Shown: piece by piece, positions 11,674 to 24,593 of the stretch | Numbering within the stretch: the first letter of the stretch is position 1 | Layout: each line of letters starts with the position of its first letter | Assembly: GCA_023920165.1 (NCBI GenBank) | Contig: CP089277.1 | Location: forward strand, 558,001 to 622,000 | Source of the DNA: Curvularia clavata | Taxonomy: Eukaryota | Reading direction: 5' to 3' | Length of the DNA: 64,000 nt | Translations under genes and position numbers: made by a program | Notes under the pieces: generated by a model | The model's input: only the letters and a program-made list of their open reading frames with translations | Database searches by the model: none | What the model was told of the DNA's origin: nothing

Positions 11674-13994
11674 ACTAGACGACGACTAGACGACGACGTG
11701 ATAGTAAGATGGCTGACACATGTAGGGCCTGCAGTTGCAGTACATGCTATGCACAGAGCAAGGCACTTGGCGACGGCTACGAGACAAGGCAAGAAGCATG
11801 ACACATGATGAGAAGGTCGAGAGCTGAACATGACTAATCTAGGTTGTTTGTGGAGAGGCGGTAGTCATGCCAAGCTTTTGCGTGAGAGAAAGGGTACCCG
11901 CACCGACTCTAGACCAAGACACGAGACGGGACGGTACGCGAGGCAATCTCCACACCCGTTGACGGTGTTGGCATGGTGCATGTTCAAAAAGCAAAAGGGG
12001 TGAGTCAAATTAATATCGCGTAGATATTGGACTGCCGTGTGTAGAAATGGCCGTGGTGATGATGGTGGTGAGTGGCGAAACAAGGCTTGACCCTCTGACA
12101 GCGGGCGGACAGAGGCGCGAAAAAAAGCAATCAGGTCAGTCAACCATGGATGTCGGCTGTCAGATCAGCGCGACGGGCATGTTTCCCATTCGGCAGTATT
12201 CTGTCGCTGTAATCTCGGCGTGACGGTTCCCACGCCGCGTGCACATCAGTCGCGAGCAAAGGCAAAAAGGATAATACTACTACTAGATGCCGTCTCGATA
12301 GGGAGAGTGCCGAGGTGGTACTTAGTCGTGCGTCATGCAGTCTCCCGATCGTGGCAAGACAAGCCGGTGCTCGGGCGCGAACGACATGTCCCTTGCAGAG
12401 AGGGCCGTGTGACGTTGTCGAGGGCGAGTCGAGGGCAATAGCAGATACGGATTTTGCAGCGGGTCAATAGGGGGACCGTAGCGGACTGTGTGTAGGTTGG
12501 TGGCGGCATGGGGTAGAGAGGTAAGGGGGCGGGCGGCCTTTGGATGGATGGATGGAGTGGTGGAGACGAGACGAGATGGTGGAAGTGGACATGTGACTTG
12601 TCTTTGTGGCTCAGGAGGATGTTGAAAGAGGACAAAAGACGGACATGGGAGTGACAGGGCGGAGCATTGGGACAAGCATTTGGCTACCGCAGTGGGTCCA
12701 CTTTCGGAGAGTATGGTGCGGATAGGGCCGTCGTTTGCCCCAATTGCATCCATGGAGGAAAAGCACCATGGCATTGATGCCACCGGCGCGTCGGACGAGG
12801 GTGGGATATGTAGATGGACATTGCCGGCACACCGTTCCGCGTCAGGAGGCGGCAGGAAACAGAGGAAAAAGAACAAAGGACTATTAGTTGGCGGCGCCGT
12901 GTCTTGGGGGGTGCATTTGGCGGGTGGGACTCGTAACTGGCAGTGAAACGTCGAGGCGGCGGCATGCTCTTCGCAACCACAGCCCCGGGGACGGGCTGAT
13001 GATTCGTCACGCTGGCTTGGCCTGCAGACCCCGACGCAGCGGCAGGCCGCTATTTTCTGTTTTTTCCCTAGGCCATGTCTCATTGTCCAAGGGATTAGCA
13101 TTGCAGCGCAGCGCAGACTGCCCAATCCAATCCAGTCGAGTCCCAACGCAGCCCCCTTCGCATACCCTCATATTACATACAGCGAGGTGCAGTGCAGCAG
13201 AAAAAAGGGTGCATGGGCGACGAGTCCGCCAGGCTGGGCCAGCACTGTGCGCCGCAACCGAAATCGATCGCCGCGCCAGCTTCCCGTCTCTCGCGTGCGA
13301 ACAGGTCGACACTGCACTCTGCACTGGCAGCGTTGTGCTGGTGCTGCTGGAGCTGCTGCGGCCGCCGATCGCAGCCACAAGCAGCCCGTAGGCCCTCACC
13401 CCCGGACGACTTACATGGCATGGCCTTGGGCTGCCTCGTCACAAAAAGTACTTAGCTATCCTTATACTTTCCCGTCCAAGAGGCTTCCTACGGTCCCCCC
13501 GGCCCACCGTCGCCGCTGCACGGCGAGCAAGGACCTTCACTACGAACGGCCAAGATCAGGGATTCGTCGGCAACGCGCTCGCTATTTCTCAGACAGCCCA
13601 GGCCTATCTCGTCCCAGTCGCCTCAGCGCCTGTCCCTAGTGCCTTGATGGCAAATTGCCTACGGCCATTTTGGTCGCCCTTGATCTGTCCATCTGCACCG
13701 CGTCTTGCTTCTTCTGCTCCTTCTGCTACTGCTGCTGCTACTTCTTCCCTCATCCTCCTCACTAGCCCTGCTGCTATTCCACTTGGGATCCGCAAGCCAC
13801 CCCTCCCTTAACGGTAGCGTCGGCTCTCTTTCATTACTAGCCACCACCGCTAGGACCCCAACTGACGCCCTAATATAGTCGCCCTCCTGTTCGCCAGTCC
13901 GCCGCCGCATGCGTAGTCGCGACCTCGTTCCGCTCCATCGCGACTGCCCCCCGACCAGCTCCCGCACCACCACCGCGTCCCCCATTCTCTTTAC

Positions 13995-15342
13995 ATGGCA
14001 CCAGCAATCATGTGCTTTGGACGTAAACCTTCGACTGCAGACCCGGAGTCTAGCAGGAAAAATGCCGAAATCGAAAAGTCGCTCCGCACCGACAAGAAGC
14101 GGGCCGAGCGCGAAGTAAAGCTGCTGCTGCTCGGTATGTATCCATGTCACAATGTCAACACCACCACTGCTACTACCATTACAAACATTCCCGCTAGTGC
14201 GCCCTGACTGACCCCCGAGCGTGCAGGTGCTGGTGAGAGTGGCAAATCCACAGTCCTCAAGCAGATGCGAATCATCAATGCCGGCGGCTTCCAAAGTCTC
14301 GAGCGCAAAACATGGCGCGCTACCATTTTCAACAACCTCGTCTCCGCCTTTCAGACAATCTTCCAGGCCATGCAGGAAGACGACACCGACTTTGAAGATG
14401 AAGACAACATTGTATGTTTCCTGTCTCCATTCCCCACCCCCCACTCTCTAAAATCGTCCTAACCAACAATAGCGCTACTCTGAAATGGTCAACGCCGCAC
14501 CCGACATTGGCACTGAGGAGCCCATGCCCGAGGAGTTTCTTACTGCCTTCAATTGTCTATGGGCAGACAAGGGCGTGCAGCTCACCATACTCAAGGGCAA
14601 CCAGTATGCGCTGCACGACAACTTGAACTAGTACGCCGTCCTGCTGCTCCACCAGCCATGCCCCAGCACTAACAATTACGCAGCTTCTTCCAGGACATCG
14701 ACCGTCTGTTCCAAAAGGACTTCCTCCCCACCGACCAAGATATCCTGCGCACCCGCTTACGAACCACTGGTATCTCCGAGACCATCTTCGAACTCGGCAA
14801 CCTCACATACAAAATGGTCGATGTTGGTGGTCAACGGTCAGAGCGTAAGAAGTGGATTCACGTCTTCGACAATGTCCAGGTAGTGCTATTCCTCGTCGCC
14901 ATTAGTGGATACGACCATGTGCTGGTAGAAGACAGAAACGGGGTAAGTCATGACAGACCCCTTGGTCCGTGGAACCCAACTAAAGCATTACTAGAACCAA
15001 ATGCACGAGGCTCTCATGCTCTTCGAGTCCATATCCAACTCTAAGTACTTTGAAAAAACCGCTCTCATCCTGTTTCTCAACAAGATCGATCTATTTGCGG
15101 AAAAGATCGCCGGAGGCATGAGCCCAATCAACAAGACATTCCCCGACTACACCGGCGGGCCCACGGATTTTGAAGCCGGCAAGGAATTCTTCGCCAACAA
15201 GTTCCGCAATCTCGTCCGCCAGCCAAAGAAGGAAGTCTACGTCCATTACACAAATGCCACAGACACCAACTTGCTCAAGATCACCATGGCTTCCGTTCAG
15301 GACATGATTGTGCAACGAAACCTCAACGCTTTGATACTATGA
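13995..15342 (+). CDS. gna2: Heterotrimeric G-protein alpha subunit, fungal group II (GNA-2/GanA type), ~362 aa; exons 13995-14133, 14227-14411, 14473-14630, 14684-14942, 14995-15342
   Basis: Motifs GAGESGKST, RLRTTG, DVGGQRSERKKW, FLNKID and TNATDT. The MCFG-type N-terminus lacks Gly2 and the C-terminus is NLNALIL, typical of group II. Alternative start at ATG 14010. Confidence 0.95.
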
Positions 15343-17083
15343 TAATTAATGCTGGCCGCCGTCTACAGAGCGGCCACAACGGCTGTTTACACCCATCATT
15401 GCAGACTGCACGCCCGCCGGAGCGCAAGCTCCAGCGCACGTACGTCAGCTATTAATCGACTCCCCTGTACCTAGGAAAGAGCCACCAGGAGCAGGACCGT
15501 AGTACATACAGAGTTTCCAGCGGGTCCTCAGAACACGACTTCTACGGCCCTTTTCTTTTTTATACCCCGATATCCCCATATCGTCTTCTTCTTCGTCTTT
15601 CGCCATTGCATGACGATTTTACGACATAATCCCTTGGCTCTTACTAGGTATCAGGCAAGTGGATCAACATTTGTAGATTCATATAGTCGGCAAACTCTAG
15701 GTATAAGCGTACACCCTCACCTATTTGTAAGCGGATATTTGGAAGAGCGCCTCACAAAATCACTCCTTTTGTTTCAGATTGATCTTTCCGATGCACAGTC
15801 TTTCTTATATGCGTCAGCATCTTGTTGGGTGGTTTTCTGCTGCTTTCGTATGTTGCCAGAGCGAAGCGAGAGGCTTTCCCAGAAGCGCGGTTCTGTACCG
15901 ATTGGCACAGGGGTCAGATGGAAGGCCCAAAGCCGAATGGTGAACGCCGTTTGAGTATGCAGCTGAACCCGAACTAGTCTGTTTCGTTGACAGCTGCATG
16001 TCTGCCTACTCACCCGCTTACCCGCCTACCCACTTGCCCTAAAGACTAGCCTAAGTGTACTGGATGAATGTATTACATGGTCCCCAAAGAAAATCCTACA
16101 GAACAGCTTGCTCGATCATCCCTTTAGCCCCCTCTCCCAATACACCAACCAGCTCCATCAACTGCAAGTCCCTTTCAGCCCCACGCTCTTCTAACAACCC
16201 CCTGTGTGTCCTATTTATCCGTCAAAGTCCCCGTACATGCCGGGCGGAGGTTGGATCCGCGGAACCCTGCCCCTATGCATGCACGGTTGCGGCGTGGTAT
16301 GGCGGGCTAATTGCAACCTAGAAGCGGAAAGGCGGCGCGAGCCGGGGAGCAAGTTTGCATTGGAGTGTCCGGATGAGGCTGGAGCTTAAGTGTTTAGGGA
16401 TCGTATGCGTCGTCTCAGCGGATGCGACCTGACAAGTTTGGACGAGATTAATAGATATACAAGGACTGCGAATATAGCCATGGTTACGTAATTCGGAGTG
16501 TCGGTTAGACTAGACGAGTCTGTCTTGTAATGCTCCTGAAGGAAGAAGGGGTATATCCAGCATGATAATAAGGGACATGCAAAGTAAAGGAGTCTTGTCT
16601 AGGCATGGTGATATCATAACCTGGTGTGCTGCACAACTAGTCTTTCTTTTTTTTTGGGCCTCTGCGGTGCTATGTTGGAAGAGCGTTTGCTTGGGTAATT
16701 GAGGATGCAGCCCTTGGGTAAAGAAGCTGATCATCGACAACCAGGGCTTAGCGAAACGCAGAGTGTGCGCATTCTAGCCTGCGAGGTCAGTAGCACATGA
16801 CGTTGAAGAAATGCACACCTAGCGTCCTACATGAGCGGGGTTTGCTCAAATGATGTCTCATGTGGTTACGCTGAGTAGAGTGCAAATACAGTCGTGCCTT
16901 TGTTGTAGAGGAGAATGTCCCACCAGTTCCGAGTCGGTATCGCAGTTCCGATTTGACCTCGTGACAGGTGCTAGCGCCCCGGGAAATCATCGGAGCGATG
17001 CAGCGTGCAGCAAGTCCTGATAGCCGGCCGGCTTGAGCCTCATCAACACCACCGTCATACCTGGCACGTTCACCCGACTGGCC

Positions 17084-18064
17084 ATGTTCTCGCCAGCCGT
17101 TGGCAGAGCCGCTCGCTCTGCGAATACCTTCTCTGCTGCCCCTCTCAGCGTCCTAAATGTGTGCGCCCGCTCCGCACTGAGCACAAGCACTGCGCCGCAA
17201 CAACCTTTCCGGCCAAACCACCAGCGCCGCTACTCGTCATCCAAGCCCTCGACACCCGCAAACAACAAGAAGAAGCCCGCCGAATTAGATCAGAATGCTA
17301 CAGCAGAACTGCAGGGTGTGGGACAGAAGTCAAAGGGATCGAAGAAGCTGAAACAGTCATCGACCGCAACCTTGGGTAACAACGTGCCTTTTGTACCTCC
17401 AACAAACCACCTTCGGGAAGATGGTAAGACTTCGGAAGCACCAAAAATCTGGTGTGCATGCTGAACTGATGTAGATGTCAAACTATCGGCTTTCTTCGGC
17501 CTCCATCGCCCCATCTCTATTTCGCGCGCCTTCCCAAGCGCCACCTCGACTGCCGAATTCGACGCTTTCTTTGACGTGAATCGGGCTAGTCAGGTCGAGA
17601 GGATAGAGGCAACTAAGAATATACTTAGCGGGTTCCTTGAGCGCATGCATGCCGAGATCGACGCGCAAGAAGAGCAACGATCAGACGCTTTACAGTCGGA
17701 GCAGGAGGTGTATCACCTCGATGTTCAGCCAACACAACACAGCGTAGAAAGCTGGGCGTCTCGACTTGTTCCCTTCCAACCCCCAGCGGCACCCGAGCGG
17801 TATGATCCTCTGGCGACAGAACCTGAAACCGATTCCTATTCGGCAGAGGGTCTTTCAGCCAGCATCAACCAACGTATATCCGAAGTCTCGCTGCCTTCGG
17901 AAAAGAGTAAACCAAGAAGCTTCCGGGAGCATGTTGCAAAGCGAAGATATGGAATGTACATGATAAGTGTAAAGAGGCAAAGGAAGCTCAAGATGAAGAA
18001 GCACAAGTACAAGAAGCTCATGAAGCGGACGAGGCTGTTGCGGAGGAAGCTGGATAGGACCTAG
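17084..18064 (+). CDS. cox24: Mitochondrial small ribosomal subunit protein mS38 / Cox24 (DUF1713 C-terminus), ~309 aa; exons 17084-17423, 17475-18064
   Basis: Basic, acid-free presequence (MFSPAVGRAAR...QRRYSSSK), conserved SAFFGLHRPIS block, and C-terminal ISVKRQRKLKMKKHKYKKLMKRTR. Confidence 0.88.
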
Positions 18065-18969
18065 TGAATGCATGGAAATGACGTTGTTAGCATCGCAATA
18101 ACGGTCCGCGAAGCCGCATGACACAGTCTTGGTAGACTGTCAGGTTGCGAATGTCGACATGTTACTAGTACGTGCAAGCACAAACCGCCGCACAGCAGCC
18201 GAGGCCATGCGCGCGGCTCCTTGCCCCCTGCACCTATACCATTCCCTTAGCAGAAGGCATTATGAACATACTCGACTCACCTTCTTCATTCCTGCTCATA
18301 TTCTTAGTGCTTTTGGGACAATGTTTCGGTCGCATCCAGCGCTCGAACAGGACCCCGTCTTCTTTCTCAAATTCCAACCTTCCAAACCCATCGCTACCCG
18401 CTATTCCATACCCTGCCCTGCCTTGTGTTTGTGTCTGCACATGGAAACTGTTTTGTTGCGCATTGCGATATTGTTTTTTCCATGGTTCCAAGCCAAGTTT
18501 GACCTGTCATGCATTCGTGATCCGCCTTGTCAGGCTACGCCTTTCCCGGTAGTTGCGGGCGTAGCTCCCTGTCGCAAGACTACTTGAAACCCCACCGCGA
18601 CTGAGGCTGTCAGAACCCAACTTCAGGCACACGGTAACGTCAACGCCCCGAGACAACGGCCCCGCTTACAAGCTCTAAGAAGACGGGCAACAAGGCGTAA
18701 CGAAGTCGCAGCCGGGCAATCATACGTTCCAAATCGCCGAAAGAACGCATAACGCCTTGGCAAGAACACCCCTCAATCATCCTTCGATCACGTTTTCCTC
18801 TATTTTGCTGTATTCTAGGCTACGGACGGTAGACGCCGTATCCTTCTTGGGCGCATGGATGAGACGTGCAAGTGATCCTTGGGGCAACACTCCTGCCGTG
18901 GCGGTTAAAAGCGTGCGCCTGGGGGAAATGGAGAAACAAAGGCGCAAAAGACGAATAATGGACATGTAG

Positions 18970-18976
18970 TATATAA
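18970..18976 (+). promoter_or_regulatory. Putative TATA box of the secreted Asn-rich protein gene
   Basis: TATATAA ~270 nt upstream of ATG 19242, followed by a pyrimidine-rich leader. Confidence 0.4.
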
Positions 18977-19241
18977 GTCCTTGTAATGTGCGCTCCGCAT
19001 TAAAGAGAACCAGCAGCTTCGACAACAGCAAGTCAACAGTAGTAACCAGCAACCCTTTTTCTTTCGCTTTCGCAGCACTTTTTCCATTCTTTCGCCCAGG
19101 TCGGCCGTTTATTGATTCAAACATCTTACCAAACTTTTCCCAAGAGCCAGTTCTCTCTTGTTTCTCTCCGTATTACTCCCGAATAACTCTTAAACATTAC
19201 ACTCTTTTACCTTTTTCGGACAACTCTTCAAATCAATCAAA

Positions 19242-20629
19242 ATGGTATCCAAGGCTTTCATCCTCATGGCAGTCATTGCCTACGTTGAGGCACGATTCGG
19301 ACAAGAGCAGGTGCCAATTTCAGCCATCAGCTCTGTTCAGGGTGGTTCCGCCGGTGCTGCTGCTACCATTGCTGGTGCTGCTATCTCGGATCTGCTCGGT
19401 GCAGCCAACTCTTGCGCAAAGGTGAGTACATGGATATTCGTTGATATTTCTGTTGCTTCATCATTGTACTAACGGTCACACAGCTCACTCGTGCCGATCA
19501 AATCTTCACTGAGCTCGGTGGTGGTGCCGATGCCCTCGCTGCGGCCATTGGCATGGTCACAGCAGAGAAGAACACCAACCCCTTTGCCAACGGCAACGTT
19601 CAGAATGTCTGTGGCGACCCTGCTCTGCCCGTTACCCCTGAGCTTCGCGGTATCACTCCTCTCATTGATCCTGCCGTCGACGTCAATGGCGCTGCTGCTG
19701 CTCTCAGCAAGAGCTCCGCTGCCTCTCCCCTTGCAGCCGACGGCCTGAGTGTGTTTGACCTCATGGACCAGGCTGGTCTCGGTGATTTGGTAAAGAGCCA
19801 AGCCTCCGCTGGTGGCGCGGGTGGTGCCGCTGCCGGCGGTGCTGGTGCTGGAAATGGCAATGCCAACGGAAATGCCAACAATAACCAAGGAGCTGCTGGA
19901 AACGGAAACGCCAACAACAACAACCAGAATAACAACGGCAACGCTGACAATGCCGCTGGCAACAACAACGCTGGTAACAACAACGCTGGCAACCAGGGCG
20001 GGCAGTGCAACCAGAACGCTGGAAACCAGAACGCCGGCAATGCCAACAACAATGCTGGTAACGCTGGTAACGCCAACAACAACGCTGGCAATGCCAACAA
20101 CAGTGCCGGTAATGCTAACAACAACGCCGGTAATGCTAACAACAACGCCGGTAATGCTAACAACAACGCTGGCAACGCTGGAAACGCTGGAAATGCCAAC
20201 AACAACGCTGGCAATGCTGGTAACGCCAATGGCAACGCCGGCGCTGGAGGAGCCGCTGCCGGCGGCGCAGATTTCGGTCAATGCACACCCACCATAACCT
20301 TCCAAGGTGGCGAGAACGGGCGCCCGGCCACTGAGTTCACCTTCCAGATCGCCGACCCTCTTGCCAGGGGCGGCCAAGGCGAAGCTCTGAACCCCGACAT
20401 CATCACCAACGCTCTCTGCAACCAGCTCACCAACGTCTGTGGAGCCAATGCCGCCGCCATCGCTACTTGCGAGTCTGCAAAGGCGGCTGTCAAGGGCGGA
20501 CCCAGGAACAAGAGTACCGCTGACAAGTTCAACACGCTTATCGGATTCCCTGGCGCCGTGACCAACCCAGATGGCGGACCTGCGGATGTTGCGGCTAAGA
20601 GGGTTATGAGGAGGGGTTTGAGGATGTAA
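19242..20629 (+). CDS. Secreted protein with central Asn/Gly/Ala low-complexity repeat and Cys-containing flanking domains, ~441 aa; exons 19242-19421, 19484-20629
   Basis: Signal peptide MVSKAFILMAVIAYVEA, intron GTGAGT...CTAAC...CAG, strong codon bias, and a C-terminal domain FGQCTP...ALNPDIITNALCNQLTNVCGAN...CESAK. Confidence 0.85.
19852..20240 (+). repeat. Coding tandem repeat, ~21-nt unit (e.g. AACGCCGGTAATGCTAACAAC) encoding NAGNANN
   Basis: Repeated (N)NAGNANN units are visible in both DNA and translation, with shorter NAG sub-units. Confidence 0.85.
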
Positions 20630-23600
20630 GATGTTGTTTTTGAGTCACCCCTTTACTTCCTTTCTCTTTTTGCTGTGAGATAGGGGAAGGGAAAGGGTTG
20701 GATACTTGATGGCTGGTTAAACTGATGACTTGAAAGCTGACTCCTTTTCTTTATTGTCCCATGTACTTTTATATCATACTTTTTATGCTTTATATCCCCT
20801 AGATATCACTGTTCCCTGCGTTATGCTGCTGTTGCGCTGGGAGATAGGATTTCAGGAAGAAAAGAAGTCTTTTTGAAGGAATATATATGTATTTCTGCTG
20901 AAGTCTATGTGTCTTGTCGGTTGTCGTGCAATGCTGTTTTGTGATGTTTGAAATAACCTGGCCAATGAAGGGGTAAGATGAAGAATGTGGGCTTATGAAG
21001 ATTATCTTTTGAGATTGTTTTATATCTCTTTGTACTGTATCATCGAAACTTTCCCAGTCGACTTTCTGTTTTCATTCTCTGCTACTATTATGACGTTTTC
21101 GGTGTTATATTTCTCACAACGTTGTGAACTGGAGTGAAATGGATATCCCCCAGATCAGGTACTCTATGCAAATGTCTACTAGACAGCTTCTGGGCAGGTA
21201 TCAAAATATCTAATCCGAAAATTTTCTTTCTCTGTAGACCTCTAGAGAGACTGAATACGATTCTTACTCTACTATTCAAAGACGTCTGTTAAACAGTCTT
21301 CTGGAAGGTCTCGCCAGGTTTTCTGGACTGCAGGAAAAGCATACTGGTTTTTCACCACCATGTCCACTGAAGCAAAAAACAAAAAGAAACTGAAACGAAT
21401 TATGAAGTCTACGCCTGATATGAATACTCTTTGTGTCGTCTTATCTCGGATAATCCAGTTTCTATACTAACGTTGCCCAATTCTGGTATATATTATGTTA
21501 GACAAGTTTAGTTCAGCATTCAGGGGTTTGACGAAGTACACAAAGCCGTGTTTGCATTCTGCTGTCAGCCATGTAGAATTTGAAACAAGTATTATGTGCG
21601 CCTCTGATTTCAGTACGTATATTCAACAGATAATTCATTCACAGGGAACTCTGTTTGAAGTGAAGTTTGTATTAGAGTGTAAGTGACGGGTGTAAAAGAC
21701 CAATGGAGTTGAATGTCTAGACGACAGTCGAGGTGTATGAAGTAGGAGTTGAGTAGAATCCAGTAACCATATCCAAGTCATTGAAAAGCCAGTGCGATCA
21801 AGAGACATCGAGTGGTTAGATAGAAGCCTTTTGGGAGATTTAAATGGAAATGCTGGCTATGGAAAGCACGAGCAGATTGTCAACATCCGCGGGGTTGCGA
21901 TTTGGGAGTTGGGAGCCCGAAAGGACAATAGTAGAAGGCAGTGGGCAGTAAGCCTTTCGATAACGCAACTGATAAATCATAGAGGCTTAGAGAAACCCGT
22001 GTTGTGCTAAGAATAGTGGTCAGCCAAGTAAATGCCCACGTCAGTAATCTGGAATCGCACGGATGTCAAGATTTCGGATGCTGGCTTGCGTGCTCGATAT
22101 TAACGCCACAAGAACCAAGCTGCTGGATATCGCAGCCGCCGCCACCCGTGATATAGCTCGTAAATTACTAGCAGATCCAATATTAAGGCCATCAAGATTA
22201 TATTGCATCAAGAACTTATCAACTACTTTCATCTAGGAGTCTGTACAAACACAGTGATAGGATCTGGACATAAAAGGGTCCTCATCTTTACGCTAATATG
22301 GCGAACACATTCATAGATCAGCCCAAGAGCGACAGTGCCGATCCGATCAATGTAATTTCCTTTAGCTACTCTTATCTGCGTTCCCACGTGTCTTTCACGG
22401 AATGCCTTGAGAGCCCACGCCCATGATTCATGAACATTCAGCCTTCCAAAGACCTCCTCTCGCCTTGTCACAATGCCTTAGCAGGGTCGTAAACTCCTTT
22501 TCAAGTACAGAATCTGGTTTAGTGGCGCACCAACACAGTCATTCTGTTGATCAATACTCTCCGGTTAGCTTGGCAGATAGGTCCGCATTTCCCCAAACTG
22601 CAGATTGGCGAAAATCGTGCGAACAGGCCAGCAAGCTATGCAGAGGTAATTCAACTCAGAGGAGGGAACACATCTGCACAGTTCATTGCATGATTATACG
22701 AGAAGAATTGTGACGATCTGTCTGGATAATAGTGTAGATCTTGGGTTGGGGGTGTCAGAGCTAACAGTGCAGGTCGCTGAATCGCCGACCATGGTAGCAC
22801 TTGGGTCTTTCGAGCTACAAGTATGTTCTTGGTATTGCCTAAGCTTCCAGTAGAGAGAATCGGCCGCTGAAGCGTTGAAACACATGAAGGTTTGTATATT
22901 AGCCAATAGTCTATACTACATACGAGCTGTTTCTTACAGAATTCATGCAAGCTAGACGCGCATAAGCACTAGGCGTTCAGAGGCTTTAACAAGCAGCTGC
23001 CCAGTCGCACCAAAGGACAGACCCAAAGCTAGCTCCAAAGCTATAGCCGTGAGATGAATAAGCTTTTCAAAGTCAAACATACTGTAGATCTCACAAAACT
23101 CCTCGCTTCGTCATCGAGGCGGCTTTGAGACTTTGTGACACTGGTTGTGTCTTCGAACCACAAATTTCAAAACGATGCTGTATGCTTGAGACAGTCGCAG
23201 GTTTAGAGTCGGGAATTGCCGCAAAAACCAAGAGAACATGTAGTCGAAAAGAGAATAAGTTGAGTAACCGTCCTTACAGGAAGGTTTAGCGGTGGGTACT
23301 CTGCATACGACGACTCGCGTTCATTTTCTCTCTCTCAAGTCGCCTCAATCAGCACATTATCGCACCACCCCCAATCCCCAAGGCCGAATCTCAATATACT
23401 CATATTACACCAAGCTGGTAACCAAGAGCGGTGTTCGTGCTTGTTAGACTAAATAGAGCTGAAACCCGGGCTTTGGAAACGAGTCCCGAGCTGATGACGT
23501 TCAAGCTCAAGCCACCTGGTCGGCACTTCTCTGTCCGGGATAGCGCCTCGCCGTCACCCGCAAGCTTGAAACAAAGCTCCCTATTCTGTCGTTCGTTACT

Positions 23601-24593
23601 TGTCAAATCCATGGCCATGACGACCAAAGAGTCCCAACAGCAAGGCAAACGAACCGGGTATGCCTGCCTATATCTAGTGGCATAACTGCGGGTTTTTCCT
23701 TTGCGTGTCCCTATTCCGCGGTTCTTGGCGTCGGCGGGAGTCGATAAGTTGCGTCAATCAAACTTCGAGATTACCCACGCAGCCGCCGCACAGGGGTGCG
23801 AACAGAAGCAAATTCTCCGCCAGTGTAAGCTCATAGAAGCAAGCCCTGCAGCAGTTCTCTGTATATATTCATTGACCGCGCGTCTTCGGCAAATCGAGCA
23901 GCGGCATCCTTCATCGTCCCGAAACCGAGGGGGAATCTGGGAAAGGCGCGTGGCATTCGTCTCAGATTCATCGTGTTCGGCGATTCATGAATCAATCCAC
24001 CGCTCAAACAAAACAGCATGGAGCTGCCCATTTTGCCCTCGGTTCAAGATGACCAGTGGGCCATCCATGTCAGTTTGTACTTCTAGAGTGCAAACAGCGC
24101 CTGATTCTTCCTAGCGAGCCGTGACGTTCCCCAGGATCTAACGGAAACAAGGCCGTTATCGAACAAACGGCGGCGGTGGCCTTTCCACTACCGGACTGGT
24201 GGTTCCACCAATCGTCCTGTGGGTCGGGACCTCATTTCACATTTCTGGGTCTGGAATCCCCCAGCATATTGGTGAGCAATGCCAGGTGAAAGCCTGAAAA
24301 TAACTAGAGCGCCACGAGTCCTGGCACGAGACTGAGCGCGCGAGGTTTGAATGATCTCGAGACCCGGCCCGTTTACAATCCTGCGCAACGATTGTGTCGT
24401 TCTTTTCTCCGTTCACTACCCTGGTCCCCATCTATTCGATTGCTGAGCCCCGGAGGATTTTGCTTGCTCGTCCGCTCATTACTACAATACTTTCTTTTAA
24501 CCGTTCTTGATCTGCATTTACTTTCTCGCCCTTTCGATTCGATTCGCTCCACCCCGCATACATGCCGATTAAGGTTTCGACCGACATGACAAG

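Noticed and set aside
11806..11830. ATGATGA...CTGA resembling C/D snoRNA boxes
   Set aside because: Spacing is too short, and there is no terminal D box or recognisable guide.
12322..13639. Cluster of overlapping 100-270 aa ORFs
   Set aside because: GC-rich promoter sequence producing low-complexity ORFs in many frames, with no domain signal.
19469..20377. Long antisense and alternative-frame ORFs over the Asn-rich gene
   Set aside because: By-product of the coding repeat and codon bias.
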